Below, piece by piece: positions 16,972 to 27,943 of a stretch of DNA of 64,000 nt. Numbering within the stretch: position 1 is the stretch's first letter; the number at the start of each line of letters is the position of its first letter. The translations under genes and the position numbers were made by a program. Under the pieces are notes generated by a model that saw only the letters and a program-made list of their open reading frames with translations, had not been told where the DNA came from and did no database searches. This DNA comes from Paracoccaceae bacterium. Its GTDB lineage: Bacteria > Pseudomonadota > Alphaproteobacteria > Rhodobacterales > Rhodobacteraceae. Location: NCBI GenBank assembly GCA_002402045.2, contig NVUX02000006.1, positions 49,095 to 113,094 of the forward strand. Direction: 5' to 3'.

Positions 16972-17447
16972 GTTTTGTCCTCGCTATCGTGTGTCCGCCT
17001 TGGCTGTCCTAATTTAATGGAGTTGCTAGGTATGTCTATACCTGACAAAATCACTTTGCGAAGTCAAGTAATAATTGAGTAATTTACTTTTTTACGTAAT
17101 CACCTGTTTCTGTGACATTTTTCGCGGCCGGTCTTTTTGCCTAGCGCATGAATTTAAGGCAATTCTTTACGCGCACCAGTTTAACCATCCAGAATCATCA
17201 ATTTCCAACGGTAGCTTTTTGGGCCTTCCCCTAAACCATAGCGTCTCGCCAGCGGATGGAATCAGCAATGCGCGAGGCCCGGCCATCAGGGTTCCGGTCA
17301 TTCCATTGTTCAATCCGTGAGTTTATTGATGGTCGGCGTCCACTCCGCATTTGCAGCGTGGGCACAAAAAATGCTACCAAAACTGCTTCTCGCAGCGCAG
17401 AGGCAAAAGGGCGGCGGCCCTAAAAAAGGCCAGTGATGCAGGCGGGA

Positions 17448-18257
17448 TTATGCGTCTCGCTTGTAAATCCAGTCATGCTCAGGGTGGTTCTGAAACCGCC
17501 AATTTCGCAATGGGCCCGCCATTACGTTTAAATAATAGGAATCGTAACCATACGGCACGCCGCAAGGGTGATGGCCTTTTGGCACCAGCACTACATCATG
17601 GTTCGATGCCGACATTGTCTGGTCCAATGACCCGTCTTCGGTAAAGACCCGTTGATGGATATACCCCTGTTCGGGGTTTAAGCGATGGTAATAAGTTTCC
17701 TCCAAATATGTCATTTCGGGAAAATTATCTTCGTCGTGGCGGTGCGGCGGGTAAGACGACCAGTTGCCATTCGGCGTAAACACTTCGGTCACGAGCAAGC
17801 TGTCGGCCACATCGCGGTTTTCCATGGCGATATTATTAATAAAGCGTGTGTTGGCCCCAATACCGCGTTGCTCAAGCTTAATCCCCGCAGGCCCAATAAT
17901 TTGTGCGTCATGGCCACCTTTTCCGGGGGCGCTACATACGGCCAAAGTGCAGTCTGTCGTGGCCGTTGCCTGCCACTCTGCCCCGTTGGGAACATAGGCA
18001 CAATGCGGGGGGGTGCGCTCAAATACATTCATCCGGTCCCCCATTTCACCAAATGATTTACCTGCGGCTGATATGTTTGCTTTACCTTCAACAAGCACAA
18101 GAATGGCTTCGGTTTCGCCCGTGGCTTCCCCTACGGTTTCACCGGCTGCCAATCGGTAAAGGCTGAATCCGACATATTTCCAGTTAGCGTTTTCCGGTGA
18201 AATATCATGTACTTTACCAGTTGTGCCCGTTGGTTTTCGTAATAAGTCTATCATCAA
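17448..18257 (-). CDS. iolB: 5-deoxy-glucuronate isomerase
   Basis: 269 aa cupin-type protein. Position in the iolBEDC-type cluster and the recalled IolB-like pattern (PPHRHDE...YYH...GYIHQRVF). Confidence 0.85.
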   Translation of the reverse strand: MMIDLLRKPTGTTGKVHDISPENANWKYVGFSLYRLAAGETVGEATGETEAILVLVEGKANISAAGKSFGEMGDRMNVFERTPPHCAYVPNGAEWQATATTDCTLAVCSAPGKGGHDAQIIGPAGIKLEQRGIGANTRFINNIAMENRDVADSLLVTEVFTPNGNWSSYPPHRHDEDNFPEMTYLEETYYHRLNPEQGYIHQRVFTEDGSLDQTMSASNHDVVLVPKGHHPCGVPYGYDSYYLNVMAGPLRNWRFQNHPEHDWIYKRDA

Positions 18258-19159
18258 AAATCCCCTTCATCCAAACCAGAAGAACGTGCCATAGCCTTAA
18301 GCGATTTCAGACCCAGAGTTTGATATTCAAACGGGTCGCGAACCGCCGGGTCTTGCTCTGCTTCGATGACCAGCCACCCCGAATAATTGTGCGCCGCAGC
18401 TACTCTTAGCACGGGCTCAAAATCGACACCGCCTTCGGTATCACCCGGCACGGTAAATACCCCACGCCTTACGCCTTCAAGAAACGAAAGGCCTTGCTCA
18501 CGGACTTCGGCCATGATGTCTGGCCGCACATTCTTTGCATGAATGTGACCGACGCGCGCCATATGGCGCGCCAAAACTTCCGCTGGGCCACCACCGCCAA
18601 AATAGCAATGGCCGGTATCAAACAACAGTTTTGTCGCGGGGCCGGTATGGCTCATAAGCAAGTCGATTTCGGCTGGCGTTTCAACGACCGTGCCCATGTG
18701 ATGGTGGTAAACCAGCGTAATCCCCTGATCGGCCGCAAATTGCGCCAAGGCTTCAACGCCCGCGCCAAATTCCTGCCACGCCTCTGCGGCAAGCACGGGC
18801 TTATCATTGATCGCGGTATCATCCGCACCGTGAACCGCGTTGGAGGTTTCGCACGTAATAATCACCTTCGAGCCGACCGATTTCAAAAAATCGAGAAAGG
18901 GCTGCATGGCGGTTTTTTCATCGGCAACCGAGTTAGTCAGCAGATTGAGCGAGTGCCAGCCGGAAATAAACCGCAATCCACGCCCGCCAAGTTCCTTCTC
19001 AACACCAGCCGCAGTCGTCGGCAGTTTGTGGCCTTTTTCAATGCCATCAAAGCCAATGCTGGCAGTTTGATCCAGACATTGCTCAAGGCTAATATCAGCG
19101 CCAAGCGTCTGGTCATCATCATTGGACCACGCGATGGGGTTGGTGCCATAAAGTATCAT
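18254..19159 (-). CDS. iolE: myo-inosose-2 dehydratase
   Basis: 301 aa xylose-isomerase-like TIM barrel (GFDGIE...HMGT...IHAKN). Overlaps iolB and iolD by 4 nt. Confidence 0.85.
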   Translation of the reverse strand: MILYGTNPIAWSNDDDQTLGADISLEQCLDQTASIGFDGIEKGHKLPTTAAGVEKELGGRGLRFISGWHSLNLLTNSVADEKTAMQPFLDFLKSVGSKVIITCETSNAVHGADDTAINDKPVLAAEAWQEFGAGVEALAQFAADQGITLVYHHHMGTVVETPAEIDLLMSHTGPATKLLFDTGHCYFGGGGPAEVLARHMARVGHIHAKNVRPDIMAEVREQGLSFLEGVRRGVFTVPGDTEGGVDFEPVLRVAAAHNYSGWLVIEAEQDPAVRDPFEYQTLGLKSLKAMARSSGLDEGDF

Positions 19160-20979
19160 ATAACTGCTTTCTTATTTGTAACATAGGCCGCATGCGCAGC
19201 GGTAACTTCTGGGCGGGCGCTAACCTCAGGCACCGCAACGTCCCACCAGTGGCCGCCATCGGGCGTGCTTGGATACGGGTCGGTGTCGATCACCACCACA
19301 AAAGGCCCAGCGGCGGTTTTTGCTTGTGCCAGCGCCCGTTCCAGCTCCGCAATATTGGCAGCCTTCACGGCGGTTGCGCCCATGCTGGCCGCGTGGGCAA
19401 CAAAATCAATTTGGCTGTTTTCTCCCAAGTGGCTGTGGGCGAGCAGGTTGTTAAATTCGGCCCCGCCAGTGCCCATTTGCAGCCGGTTTATGCAGGCATA
19501 GCCACGGTTATCTGTCAAAACAATAGTGATTTTGACCCCCATCATCACCGCTGTCGCCAGCTCGGAATTGGCCATCATATAGCTGCCATCACCCAGCATA
19601 CAAATTACATCGCGCTCGGGTTGGGCCATTTTCACCCCCATCGCGCCTGCGATTTCATAGCCCATACAGGAAAACCCATATTCCATATGATAGCTGCCGG
19701 GGCGGGGAGATTTCCAGAGCTTGTGCAGCTCACCCGGCATGGTGCCAGCGGCGCTCATTACCACGGTATCGGGGCCACTCGCCCGCTGCACCGCGCCAAT
19801 AACCTGTTGGTCTGTTGGCAGCTGGTTGTTATCAGTTGGGGCATCGGTCAGGGCGTCTACAGCTTTGAACCAGTTGGCCTTGGGCGCGGGGGCGGGCGGC
19901 GTGGACTGAAAGGCACCCAAGGCTTTGCTCAGCAGCTCCAGCGCAACACGCGCGTCAGCAACCAGCGGCATCGCCCCGCGTTTTACGGCGTCATAAGCCG
20001 CCACATTGATACTCACCAGTTGGCGGTCTGGATTCTTGAAAAGCCCCCAGCTGCCGGTGGTAAAATCCTGAAAACGCGTGCCAACGCCCAGTACCAAATC
20101 GGCGATTTCGCAGGCGTCATTTGCCGGCGTGCAGCCCGTTACACCAACTGGGCCAAGGTTTAGCGGGTGGTCCCATGGCAGGGCAGATTTGCCCGCCTGA
20201 CTTTCCACAATCGGAATATTATGCGCCTCTGCGAAACGGGTTAAGGCCGCCGTTGCGTCAGAATAATGCACGCCGCCGCCCGCGACAATTACCGGGGACT
20301 TTGCGGCGCGGATGGCGTTAATCACGCTGTCTAGCTCAACAGGGTCAGGGTGGATACGACGTTGCCCCCATATTTTGGGCACAAAAAAGTTCTCGGGGTA
20401 ATCATAGGCCTCGGCCTGAACATCTTGGCAAAAAGCCAGCGTCACCGGCCCGCATTTTTCGGGGTCTGTCATGGTGGCAAAGGCGCGGGGGAGCGCTGTC
20501 AGCAATTGTTCTGGCCGTGTGATGCGATCAAAATAGCGCGACACCGGGCGAAAGCAATCATTGACGCTGATCGTGCCATCGTCAAAATCCTCAATCTGTT
20601 GCAATACCGGATCAGGGGCGCGATTGGCAAAAATATCGCCAGGAATCAATAATACAGGCAAGCGATTTACATGCGCCAACGCTGCAGCGGTAACCATGTT
20701 GGTGGCCCCCGGCCCGATTGACGCCGTGACCATCATCGCCCGTTTGCGCCCAGATTGCTTGGCATAGGCAATGGCCGCGTGGCACATGGTTTGCTCATTA
20801 TGGCCACGATAGGTTTGCAACTGGTCACGCGCAGCATGCAGCGCCTCGCCAATGCCGGCCACGTTTCCGTGGCCAAAAATCGCCCAGCAGCCAGCGATAT
20901 ATGGCTGGCCGTCTTCGTTCATTTGAGCTGACACATAGCGCACCATCGCTTGAGCCGCTGTTAGCCGGATAGTTTTCAT
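19156..20979 (-). CDS. iolD: 3D-(3,5/4)-trihydroxycyclohexane-1,2-dione acylhydrolase (ThDP-dependent)
   Basis: 607 aa thiamine-diphosphate enzyme (GDGSYMM...N motif). Cluster context. Confidence 0.85.
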   Translation of the reverse strand: MKTIRLTAAQAMVRYVSAQMNEDGQPYIAGCWAIFGHGNVAGIGEALHAARDQLQTYRGHNEQTMCHAAIAYAKQSGRKRAMMVTASIGPGATNMVTAAALAHVNRLPVLLIPGDIFANRAPDPVLQQIEDFDDGTISVNDCFRPVSRYFDRITRPEQLLTALPRAFATMTDPEKCGPVTLAFCQDVQAEAYDYPENFFVPKIWGQRRIHPDPVELDSVINAIRAAKSPVIVAGGGVHYSDATAALTRFAEAHNIPIVESQAGKSALPWDHPLNLGPVGVTGCTPANDACEIADLVLGVGTRFQDFTTGSWGLFKNPDRQLVSINVAAYDAVKRGAMPLVADARVALELLSKALGAFQSTPPAPAPKANWFKAVDALTDAPTDNNQLPTDQQVIGAVQRASGPDTVVMSAAGTMPGELHKLWKSPRPGSYHMEYGFSCMGYEIAGAMGVKMAQPERDVICMLGDGSYMMANSELATAVMMGVKITIVLTDNRGYACINRLQMGTGGAEFNNLLAHSHLGENSQIDFVAHAASMGATAVKAANIAELERALAQAKTAAGPFVVVIDTDPYPSTPDGGHWWDVAVPEVSARPEVTAAHAAYVTNKKAVI

Positions 20980-22880
20980 GCGATCACCCCTTTAGCGTTT
21001 GCGCGTGCAGCATCCCAAATATCACAAAGCTGGGAGAATTTCTTGGCCATAGTTTCAACGGCCTCTGCATCTGTAATAGACCCTAGCATCCATGCTTTAG
21101 CAGGTTCAGCAAATATTGTGCGCCCAACGGCAAAACCTTTGACCAGCGGAAATTGCGCGGCAACGGCAAAGCTCTGCGAGAGTGTAGCTTGACTTGCGCC
21201 CAATCCTAGCACCACGATGCCACGGGTGTGGGGGTCATTGCGGGTTATGGCATCACAGGTGTTTTGCCACGCGGTGTGGTTTTGCATCGGCTCCAGTTTC
21301 CACCAGTCGGGGTATACCCCCAAATCATAAAAACGTTGGATGATACGGGCATTGGTGTCATCATCAACCAGCCCCGCCTTGGAGGGGATTGGCTCAAGTA
21401 AAAATTCAAGCCGGTTCCGCCTGCTGGCCTCAAACAGGCGTAGAATGCTAGCTTCTTGCTGGCTGCGTATCTCGTCAGTGTCATCGGGGTGGTAAAAACA
21501 CAAAACCTTAACCACATGCGCAAGCGGCCATTCTGACAAGCCGCCACAATCCAGACCAATTTCTGGTTCGAATTCTAGCGGGCGTGACCCGGGTAATTCG
21601 ACCGGACGCCCTATCCAGAGGTTTTGATCTACCGCCTGAAAAAGCCCGTCTTGCCCGAGGCGGCCATCACAAAGCAAGCCAAACCCATTGCGCTTATTTG
21701 CCACCTGTCGGGTCACCTCAACACAAAGCTCCTTGAAGGCTCCGATCTTTTTCGGCGTGGCCCCCGGCACCTCTTCAAGCTGAACCCTGTGGTCAAAAGC
21801 AAACACTTTCATTTCAGGCCAATCACCTGCGCGATTTGTGGACCAGTGGATCTGCTCCAGGGCTTTGTCTTTACGCAAAGCCTTGTTCTGAATGCCTTTA
21901 TCAAAAAAGTACTGCAACTCCTCCCAGCTCGGATACGCCGGCGTGCAGCCATGCCGACTGACCGCAAAAGCGCCGCACGCATTGGCGTATTTCAAGCTGG
22001 TTTGCCAATCCTGATCGGTTAACCAGCCCTTGAGGAGGCCACTCATAAACCCATCTCCCGCCCCCAGAACATTGAATACTTCAATCGGGAAACCGGGGCC
22101 GCTTAGGCCATCGTCAAGACTATCGGGTATAGTATCAACAAACGCGCTGGCCCCCATTGGGCCGCGCTTACACACAAGCACCGCGTTGCAAACCGCGCGC
22201 ACGTTGCGCAGGGCCTTGATTGTATCGGTTGTGCCACCAGCAATATGGAACTCTTCCTCAGTGCCAACAATCAGGTCAAACAAATGCAATGTGGATTGTA
22301 GCTTGGCCGTCACCGCATCAGACGCGATGAACCGGTTCTCGCCATCCCCGTGGCCTGTCAGGCCCCAGAGGTTGGGGCGGAAATCAATATCAAGCGCCGT
22401 TTTTGCGCCATTTTTCCGTGCAAGCTTAAGTGCCTTCAATACGGCGGCCTCGGTTTTTTCGTGGCTAAGATGGGTGCCGGTCACGGTCACACAGCGGGTA
22501 TCAGCGATAAGGGCCGCGTCAATATCCGCCTCGCAAAGTGCCATATCGGCACAATTTTCACGATAGAATATCAGCGGAAACTGCTCTTGATCCCGGATGC
22601 CAAGCAAAACCAGTGCGGTCAGGCGCTCAGGGTCTGTGGTTACGCCGCGCACATCAACCCCCTCGCGCTGCAACTGTTCCCGAATAAACCGCCCCATATG
22701 CTCGTCACCAACACGAGTAATCAGGCCAGATTTTAGGCCCAGCCGCGCAGTGCCAGCGGCAATATTGGTGGGCGAGCCCCCAATATATTTGTTGAAAGAT
22801 CCCATATCTTCCAGCCGCCCGCCAACCTGCGCGCCATATAAATCAACCGATGAGCGGCCGATTGTAATGACATCTAGCAT
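20976..22880 (-). CDS. iolC: 5-dehydro-2-deoxygluconokinase fused to a DUF2090/IolJ-like aldolase-type domain
   Basis: 634 aa. The N-terminal half is a PfkB ribokinase-like kinase (GAGDGFMSG, ANACGAFAVSRHG). The C-terminal extension of about 300 aa is as seen in alphaproteobacterial IolC. Confidence 0.85.
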   Translation of the reverse strand: MLDVITIGRSSVDLYGAQVGGRLEDMGSFNKYIGGSPTNIAAGTARLGLKSGLITRVGDEHMGRFIREQLQREGVDVRGVTTDPERLTALVLLGIRDQEQFPLIFYRENCADMALCEADIDAALIADTRCVTVTGTHLSHEKTEAAVLKALKLARKNGAKTALDIDFRPNLWGLTGHGDGENRFIASDAVTAKLQSTLHLFDLIVGTEEEFHIAGGTTDTIKALRNVRAVCNAVLVCKRGPMGASAFVDTIPDSLDDGLSGPGFPIEVFNVLGAGDGFMSGLLKGWLTDQDWQTSLKYANACGAFAVSRHGCTPAYPSWEELQYFFDKGIQNKALRKDKALEQIHWSTNRAGDWPEMKVFAFDHRVQLEEVPGATPKKIGAFKELCVEVTRQVANKRNGFGLLCDGRLGQDGLFQAVDQNLWIGRPVELPGSRPLEFEPEIGLDCGGLSEWPLAHVVKVLCFYHPDDTDEIRSQQEASILRLFEASRRNRLEFLLEPIPSKAGLVDDDTNARIIQRFYDLGVYPDWWKLEPMQNHTAWQNTCDAITRNDPHTRGIVVLGLGASQATLSQSFAVAAQFPLVKGFAVGRTIFAEPAKAWMLGSITDAEAVETMAKKFSQLCDIWDAARANAKGVIA

Positions 22881-23660
22881 CTACACAGTCCCTCCGAGCG
22901 AGCCTTCTAGGGTTGCCAATTCCTGGCCACCGGCCATCAAATCCTGCAACTCCTCAGGGGTAATTTCGCCTTTAACGGCCGTGCCAAGGGTTTTGCCACG
23001 GTTAAGAACCGTAAACCGGTCACCTACAGCCATGGCGTGGCGCACATTATGGGTGATGAAAACCACCCCGATACCCTGTTTGCGCACCTTATCAATATTG
23101 GCCAAAACATTCGCCGTTTGTCGCACCCCAAGCGCAGAGGTCGGTTCATCCAAAATCAGCAATTTAGCCCCGAAATAAACCGCACGCGCAATCGCCACAG
23201 TTTGGCGCTCGCCCCCCGACAGCGTGCCAACGGCTTGCCCCGGTTCCCGCAGATTGATACCCATCTTTTTCATCTCGGTCATGGTGACTTCGTTGGCTTT
23301 TTTGAAATCCATCATACTAAACGGGCCGAATTTTTTGAGCGGCTCATTCCCCATCCAGAAATTTCGCGTAACCGACATAAGAGGGATCATCGCCAAATCT
23401 TGATAAACCGTAGCAATCCCCGCGTTCATTGAATCGCGCGGGCTGTTAAAGCTCATCTCTTTGCCTTCAAACATTATCGTGCCCTTGGAGGGCTTATGCA
23501 CCCCCGACATGGTTTTGATAAAGGTCGATTTACCCGCCCCGTTATCGCCCAACAGGCAGTGGCATTCACCGGGGCGCACATCGAATGAAACCCCGCCAAG
23601 CGCAATGACCGCACCAAAATGTTTCTCGATGTTTTTCATTTCTATAAGAGGAGTAGTCAT
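22881..23660 (-). CDS. sugar (inositol-type) ABC transporter ATP-binding protein
   Basis: The start is moved to ATG 23660 ([15 protein letters not shown]), which overlaps the permease stop (TGATG). Walker [10 protein letters not shown], signature LSGGERQ, Walker B LLILDEPT. The longer 359-aa track ORF runs through the permease 3' end. Confidence 0.9.
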   Translation of the reverse strand: MTTPLIEMKNIEKHFGAVIALGGVSFDVRPGECHCLLGDNGAGKSTFIKTMSGVHKPSKGTIMFEGKEMSFNSPRDSMNAGIATVYQDLAMIPLMSVTRNFWMGNEPLKKFGPFSMMDFKKANEVTMTEMKKMGINLREPGQAVGTLSGGERQTVAIARAVYFGAKLLILDEPTSALGVRQTANVLANIDKVRKQGIGVVFITHNVRHAMAVGDRFTVLNRGKTLGTAVKGEITPEELQDLMAGGQELATLEGSLGGTV

Positions 23661-24757
23661 CAGCGTTCTCCTGTAATCATACGGCGGATATAGGTATTCA
23701 AGATCACCGCCAAAATTAGAATGGTTCCGAGGAAGACCCGGAAGAGCGAACTTTCGGCCCCCGAGAAAAACAGACCCTGCTGCACCACGCCGAATATCAG
23801 TGCGCCAAGTGCCGCGCCAACAACAGATCCATATCCGCCGGTTAACAATGCGCCGCCAATCACAACGCAAATGATCGCTTCGAATTCTTTTAGCAAACCA
23901 CGGTCGGCTGCGGCTGACCCAAACTCCATCACTTGCGCGGTGGCAAATACACATGCGCAAAATGCGGTGAACATGAACATCAGCATTTTAACGCGGTTCA
24001 CAGGAACCCCGACATACCGCGCGGCTTGTGCGTCGCCGCCAGATGCAAAAATCCAGTTGCCAAAACGGGTTTTGGTGAGCAACCATTGGCCAAAGATGAT
24101 CAGACCTATGGCCCAAACGACTAACATCGGCACGCCTTCTACCACGGGCTGGCCTTCGCGGCTGCCGCGTGTAAACGTGTCTATCCAGCCAATATCGGCA
24201 AACCACTGGAATAAACCTTTTAAGATTGTGCCGCCAAAAACAGGCGCCAGCCAATCGCCCTCGGCCACCTGTTTTACCCCGCCAATAATGGTTTTTTGGG
24301 TGGTCATAATAGACAGCCAGATGGTCATGCCACGTAGAATATACAGAAATGCGAGGGTCACGATAAAGCTGGGTAAGCCCGTTTTTATGACCAAAAATCC
24401 GTTAAGCGCGCCCAGCGCTATGCAAACCACAAACGCAGTTATGATCGCAAGCCACACAGGCCAGCCCCATTGCACAGACAGAATTGCAATCACAATGCCT
24501 GCAAACCCGATCATCGAGCCAACAGAAAGATCAAACTCTCCGGCGATCATCAAAAGGCAGGCGCCCACAGCAATAATGGCAAATTGAGCCGAAACGACTG
24601 TCCAGTTTTGAATGCCCTTTGGGGCAAACATGCCGCTGTCACCAGCGATCATCATAAAGAATACAAAGACCAAAACGGCCCCGGCAATTGCCCCAAGCTC
24701 GGGGCGGATCATGGCGCGCCGTAACTTAGAGACTTGTTTTATACGTTCGTCAGTCAT
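23660..24757 (-). CDS. sugar ABC transporter permease (RbsC/AraH-like)
   Basis: 365 aa, about 10 predicted hydrophobic segments, between the binding-protein and ATPase genes. Confidence 0.85.
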   Translation of the reverse strand: MTDERIKQVSKLRRAMIRPELGAIAGAVLVFVFFMMIAGDSGMFAPKGIQNWTVVSAQFAIIAVGACLLMIAGEFDLSVGSMIGFAGIVIAILSVQWGWPVWLAIITAFVVCIALGALNGFLVIKTGLPSFIVTLAFLYILRGMTIWLSIMTTQKTIIGGVKQVAEGDWLAPVFGGTILKGLFQWFADIGWIDTFTRGSREGQPVVEGVPMLVVWAIGLIIFGQWLLTKTRFGNWIFASGGDAQAARYVGVPVNRVKMLMFMFTAFCACVFATAQVMEFGSAAADRGLLKEFEAIICVVIGGALLTGGYGSVVGAALGALIFGVVQQGLFFSGAESSLFRVFLGTILILAVILNTYIRRMITGER

Positions 24758-24824
24758 GTTTCCCTCGTCTCTGTAAATAAAACTAAAAAGGGCGGCACCG
24801 ATGCGCCGCCCTTCAACTTGTTAA

Positions 24825-25766
24825 CTAGCGATAAACGCCCGCAAATTCCTCAACAAAGGAGATGCTGTCTTTGGTAATATAACCCGGACCGGAATTCATG
24901 TGGCCCGATGGCAAAACACCGTAACGCACAAGGTTGGTCAGGATGATAACCGGCATATAGCCTTGCAGGTATGGCTGTTGGTCAATCGCAAAAGCGATGA
25001 TGTCGGCCTTGATCGCATCAGCGATTTCGTCGGACAGATCGAAGGTTGCAAAGAACAGCTCGCCAGCAAGACTTTCAGCATCCAGCGCCGCAAGGGTTGG
25101 GTGGGCCGAGGTTGGCCCCAGCGTCAGAACCGCACCGGTGTCAGGATTGGCAGCCAAAAACGCGATAACCTTGTTTTTGATCTCGGCAGGGTCTTGACCG
25201 GAGTCAATCATGCTGCTGGCAACATCCGCACCAATCGCATCCGCAAATCCTTGGCAACGCTCAACCGAAGCTGGGTTGGTGATGTAGTGATTCACGCAAA
25301 GGAAAGAGGAAACACCCGCCGCAGCCGCGCGTTTACCCGCGCCAAAGCCCGCATCATATTCAGGCTGGCCAACATGCATCAACGCACCTAGTGCTTCAGA
25401 CTGTGCATGCGTCCCGGAGTTGATGGTGATCACGGGAATGCCCTGATCAACAGCATCGGCAACCGGGCCAGAAAGCACGTCAAAGTCGGCAATCGTCAGG
25501 ATGATGCCATCTGGATTTGACGCAATCGCTTGCTCAACAATACGCGCCATATCAGCCAAATCGCCGGTTGGCGGGTTGCGGTATTCAACGGTTACATCCA
25601 TCTGGTCGGCAGCAACGTTGATAGCGTTTTTGATGGTATTCCACCAGCTATCACTATCCGGCGCATGGCTGATCAGAACAAAGCGCTCACCCTCCGCATA
25701 CGCTACTGTGCCCATTGACGCCGCCAATGTGGCGGCTGTCAGGACCGCTGTTAATGTTTTTTTCAT
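24825..25766 (-). CDS. sugar (inositol) ABC transporter periplasmic binding protein
   Basis: The start is moved to ATG 25766 (MKKTLTAVLTAATLAASMGTVAYA, signal peptide), preceded by the GGGAGA RBS. Periplasmic-binding-protein type I pattern. Confidence 0.85.
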   Translation of the reverse strand: MKKTLTAVLTAATLAASMGTVAYAEGERFVLISHAPDSDSWWNTIKNAINVAADQMDVTVEYRNPPTGDLADMARIVEQAIASNPDGIILTIADFDVLSGPVADAVDQGIPVITINSGTHAQSEALGALMHVGQPEYDAGFGAGKRAAAAGVSSFLCVNHYITNPASVERCQGFADAIGADVASSMIDSGQDPAEIKNKVIAFLAANPDTGAVLTLGPTSAHPTLAALDAESLAGELFFATFDLSDEIADAIKADIIAFAIDQQPYLQGYMPVIILTNLVRYGVLPSGHMNSGPGYITKDSISFVEEFAGVYR

Positions 25767-25900
25767 TTCATTTCTCCCAAAATTAGGTTGCACTTGCAAC
25801 ATCGCTTTCAGCCCTAAATCTACCAAAAGAATCGCAAGTCGTCTCCAGTGGGTGAAATATATATTCCATAATAAGAAAAACACAACAAATATTTTCTGCA

Positions 25901-26719
25901 TTAACTCTTCTTGCGCCGCGTTCCAACCGCAACGGCAAGGGTCATCGCCAACGAAAGCGGGGCCGCCAGCGCCCGAAATGCGCCAACATTTTCTTCTGGA
26001 ACCGTAAGTATCACAGAATTCAATGCGTGCAGGTGGCTATTTAGCGTGTCTGTAATTGCCACAATTTTATTGTTTCGAGCATCGGCAAATGTCGCAAGGT
26101 CAAGCGTCTCTTCTGAATATGGCGCAAATGTTATTGCCAATAAAACATCGCCAGGACGGATGGCATTTTTATGCTGCAAATTGCCAAACCCGCCATGCAT
26201 CATCGCAGGCACACCCATTTTTTCAAAGGCATAGGCAAGATATGTCGCAACAGGGACCGCGCGGCTTAACCCAATAATATGGATCAGCGGCGCTTTAACC
26301 AACTCCTGAACGGCGTTCTCAAGGGTTTCAGGGTCAATGGTCCCGGCCAGATTCTCTAATGAAACACGGCCCACATCAATAAATTCTGCCAACAGAGCCG
26401 AAGGCGATTCTTCACTGCTTGACCGCAATTTTTCCAGCCTCGTTGTATAATCAGGCCAGCGCTGCACATGGGATTCACGAAACATACGTTGCATTTCCGA
26501 AAACCCGGAAAACCCCATAAGCGAACAAAACCGCATAAAGGCTGAGGGTTGCACGCCGGCTCTTTTTGACAATTCCGAGACTGTCGAAACCGCAATAATA
26601 TCAGTATTACGCCCTACAAAATCTGCGCATTGTTTCAAACGTTTCGGTAAACGAACCGAAATCTCCAAAAGCCTGTCATTAAATTCCTTGAGGTTTTTCG
26701 GCGCAACGGTTTTCTGCAT
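25901..26719 (-). CDS. iolR: RpiR/MurR-family transcriptional regulator with SIS domain (IolR-like)
   Basis: HTH_6 region (LKQCADFVGRNTDIIAVSTVSELSKRAGVQPSAFMRFCSLMGFSGF) followed by a SIS domain. Sits between the transporter and the divergently transcribed dehydrogenase genes. Start taken at ATG 26719. Confidence 0.8.
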   Translation of the reverse strand: MQKTVAPKNLKEFNDRLLEISVRLPKRLKQCADFVGRNTDIIAVSTVSELSKRAGVQPSAFMRFCSLMGFSGFSEMQRMFRESHVQRWPDYTTRLEKLRSSSEESPSALLAEFIDVGRVSLENLAGTIDPETLENAVQELVKAPLIHIIGLSRAVPVATYLAYAFEKMGVPAMMHGGFGNLQHKNAIRPGDVLLAITFAPYSEETLDLATFADARNNKIVAITDTLNSHLHALNSVILTVPEENVGAFRALAAPLSLAMTLAVAVGTRRKKS

Positions 26720-26809
26720 GGGCTTTCCCTTTTTGCTTGACAGGTGGAGCAATAAATTCCATTTCGATTGGAATATTTATTCTAAATTGAGAATCAACGG
26801 GAGTCTACA

Positions 26810-27931
26810 GTGATGCATGAAATAGGAATCGGCCTGATAGGCTCCGGCTTTATGGGCAAAGTCCACGCGCTGGCTTTTGGCGCTGTGAAAGCGGTTATGG
26901 GAGATGTGCCAACCCCCAGATTGGAGGTATTGTGCGACGCACCGCTGCCCCAAGCAGAGAAAATGGCCAGCCAATTCGGATTTGGTCGCGCTACGGATGA
27001 CTGGCAAGCCCTGGTGAACGATCCGCGCGTTGATATGGTTTCAATTACCACCCCCAACCACCTGCATTTCGAGATGGCGATGGCCGCCATTGCCGCCGGA
27101 AAGCACGTGTATTGCGAAAAACCTCTGTCGCTCACGCTTGAAGATGCCCAAAAAATGGCAGAGGCTGCAAAAGCTGCCGGTGTCAAAACCATGGTCGGCT
27201 ACAACTACATCAAAAACCCCGCATTTACCCATGCGCAGTCGTTGATCGCAGATGGGGCCATTGGGGACATTGTTCATTTTCGCGGCTGGGTGGACGAGGA
27301 TTATCAGGCTGACCCTGATCTGCCTTGGACATGGCGTGCCAAAATTTCAGAAGCAGGTTTGGGGGCGCTAGGAGACCTAGGGTGCCATTTGATTTCAATG
27401 GCTTACGGCATAGTTGGTCCGATTGATAGCCTGATCGCCGACATGCAAACTATCCATAAAACGCGGCCTCTTGCCGGTGGTTCGGGGCGGGCGACGGTGG
27501 AAAACGAGGACACCGCCAGTGCCTTGGTTCGGTTCAAAAATGGCGCGCAGGGGTCGTTATCAACTTCCCGCTCGGCATGGGGGCGCAAAAACCGCTTGGC
27601 GTGGGAAGTTCACGGCACCAAAGGCATGATCTGTTTTGATCAAGAGCGGATGAACGAGCTGCAACTTTATCGCAACGAAGGGCCAAACGCCACACAAGGC
27701 TTCACCACAATTCTAACAGGCCCAGACCACCCGCCCTATGCAAATTTCTGTCCCGCAGGTGGGCACCAGCTTGGGTTTAATGACTTGAAAGTTATAGAAG
27801 CCGCCGCATTTTTACGACATATCGCTGGCGGCCCAGCAGCATATCCCAACTTCACCGACGCGGTGGAGTTTGAAAAAACCATTCATGCAATTGCGCATTC
27901 AGCGCAGACCGGAAACCGAATTACTCTCTAA
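26810..27931 (+). CDS. Gfo/Idh/MocA-family oxidoreductase (inositol dehydrogenase paralogue)
   Basis: 373 aa. N-terminal Rossmann motif GIGLIGSGFMG and the EKP motif (VYCEKPL). iol cluster context. Confidence 0.8.
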   Translation: MMHEIGIGLIGSGFMGKVHALAFGAVKAVMGDVPTPRLEVLCDAPLPQAEKMASQFGFGRATDDWQALVNDPRVDMVSITTPNHLHFEMAMAAIAAGKHVYCEKPLSLTLEDAQKMAEAAKAAGVKTMVGYNYIKNPAFTHAQSLIADGAIGDIVHFRGWVDEDYQADPDLPWTWRAKISEAGLGALGDLGCHLISMAYGIVGPIDSLIADMQTIHKTRPLAGGSGRATVENEDTASALVRFKNGAQGSLSTSRSAWGRKNRLAWEVHGTKGMICFDQERMNELQLYRNEGPNATQGFTTILTGPDHPPYANFCPAGGHQLGFNDLKVIEAAAFLRHIAGGPAAYPNFTDAVEFEKTIHAIAHSAQTGNRITL

Positions 27932-27943
27932 AGGAATGCTCCA

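Noticed and set aside
17075-17644. 81-aa and 97-aa plus-strand ORFs in the hemP upstream region and the iolB 3' end.
   Set aside because: Their composition is implausible, and one overlaps iolB antisense. The region is better treated as a regulatory leader.
19192-20163. 323-aa plus-strand ORF antisense to iolD. Similar long antisense ORFs occur at 23721-24587 (288 aa, opposite the permease), 29833-30564 (243 aa, opposite mmsA), 22030-23178 (opposite iolC/ATPase), 15157-15750 (opposite imelysin), 3188-3805 and 3895-4440 (opposite exbD and the TonB-like gene), and 55648-56202 (opposite xseA).
   Set aside because: These are shadow ORFs typical of GC-rich DNA. Their translations are Arg/Pro/Ala/Gly-rich and low-complexity with no recognisable motifs, while the opposite strand encodes well-recognised proteins across the full length.
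22881-23960. Long N-terminal extensions in the ORF track: the 359-aa version of the ABC ATPase, the 358-aa binding protein (24825-25901), the 290-aa Fnr-like protein (42488-43360), the 529-aa XseA (55443-57032), the 519-aa DUF1111 protein (13333-14892) and the 337-aa FtsY.
   Set aside because: The extensions overlap upstream genes or regulatory sites and encode Cys/Arg/Trp-rich junk. Internal ATGs with an RBS, signal peptides or canonical N-termini give family-typical lengths.
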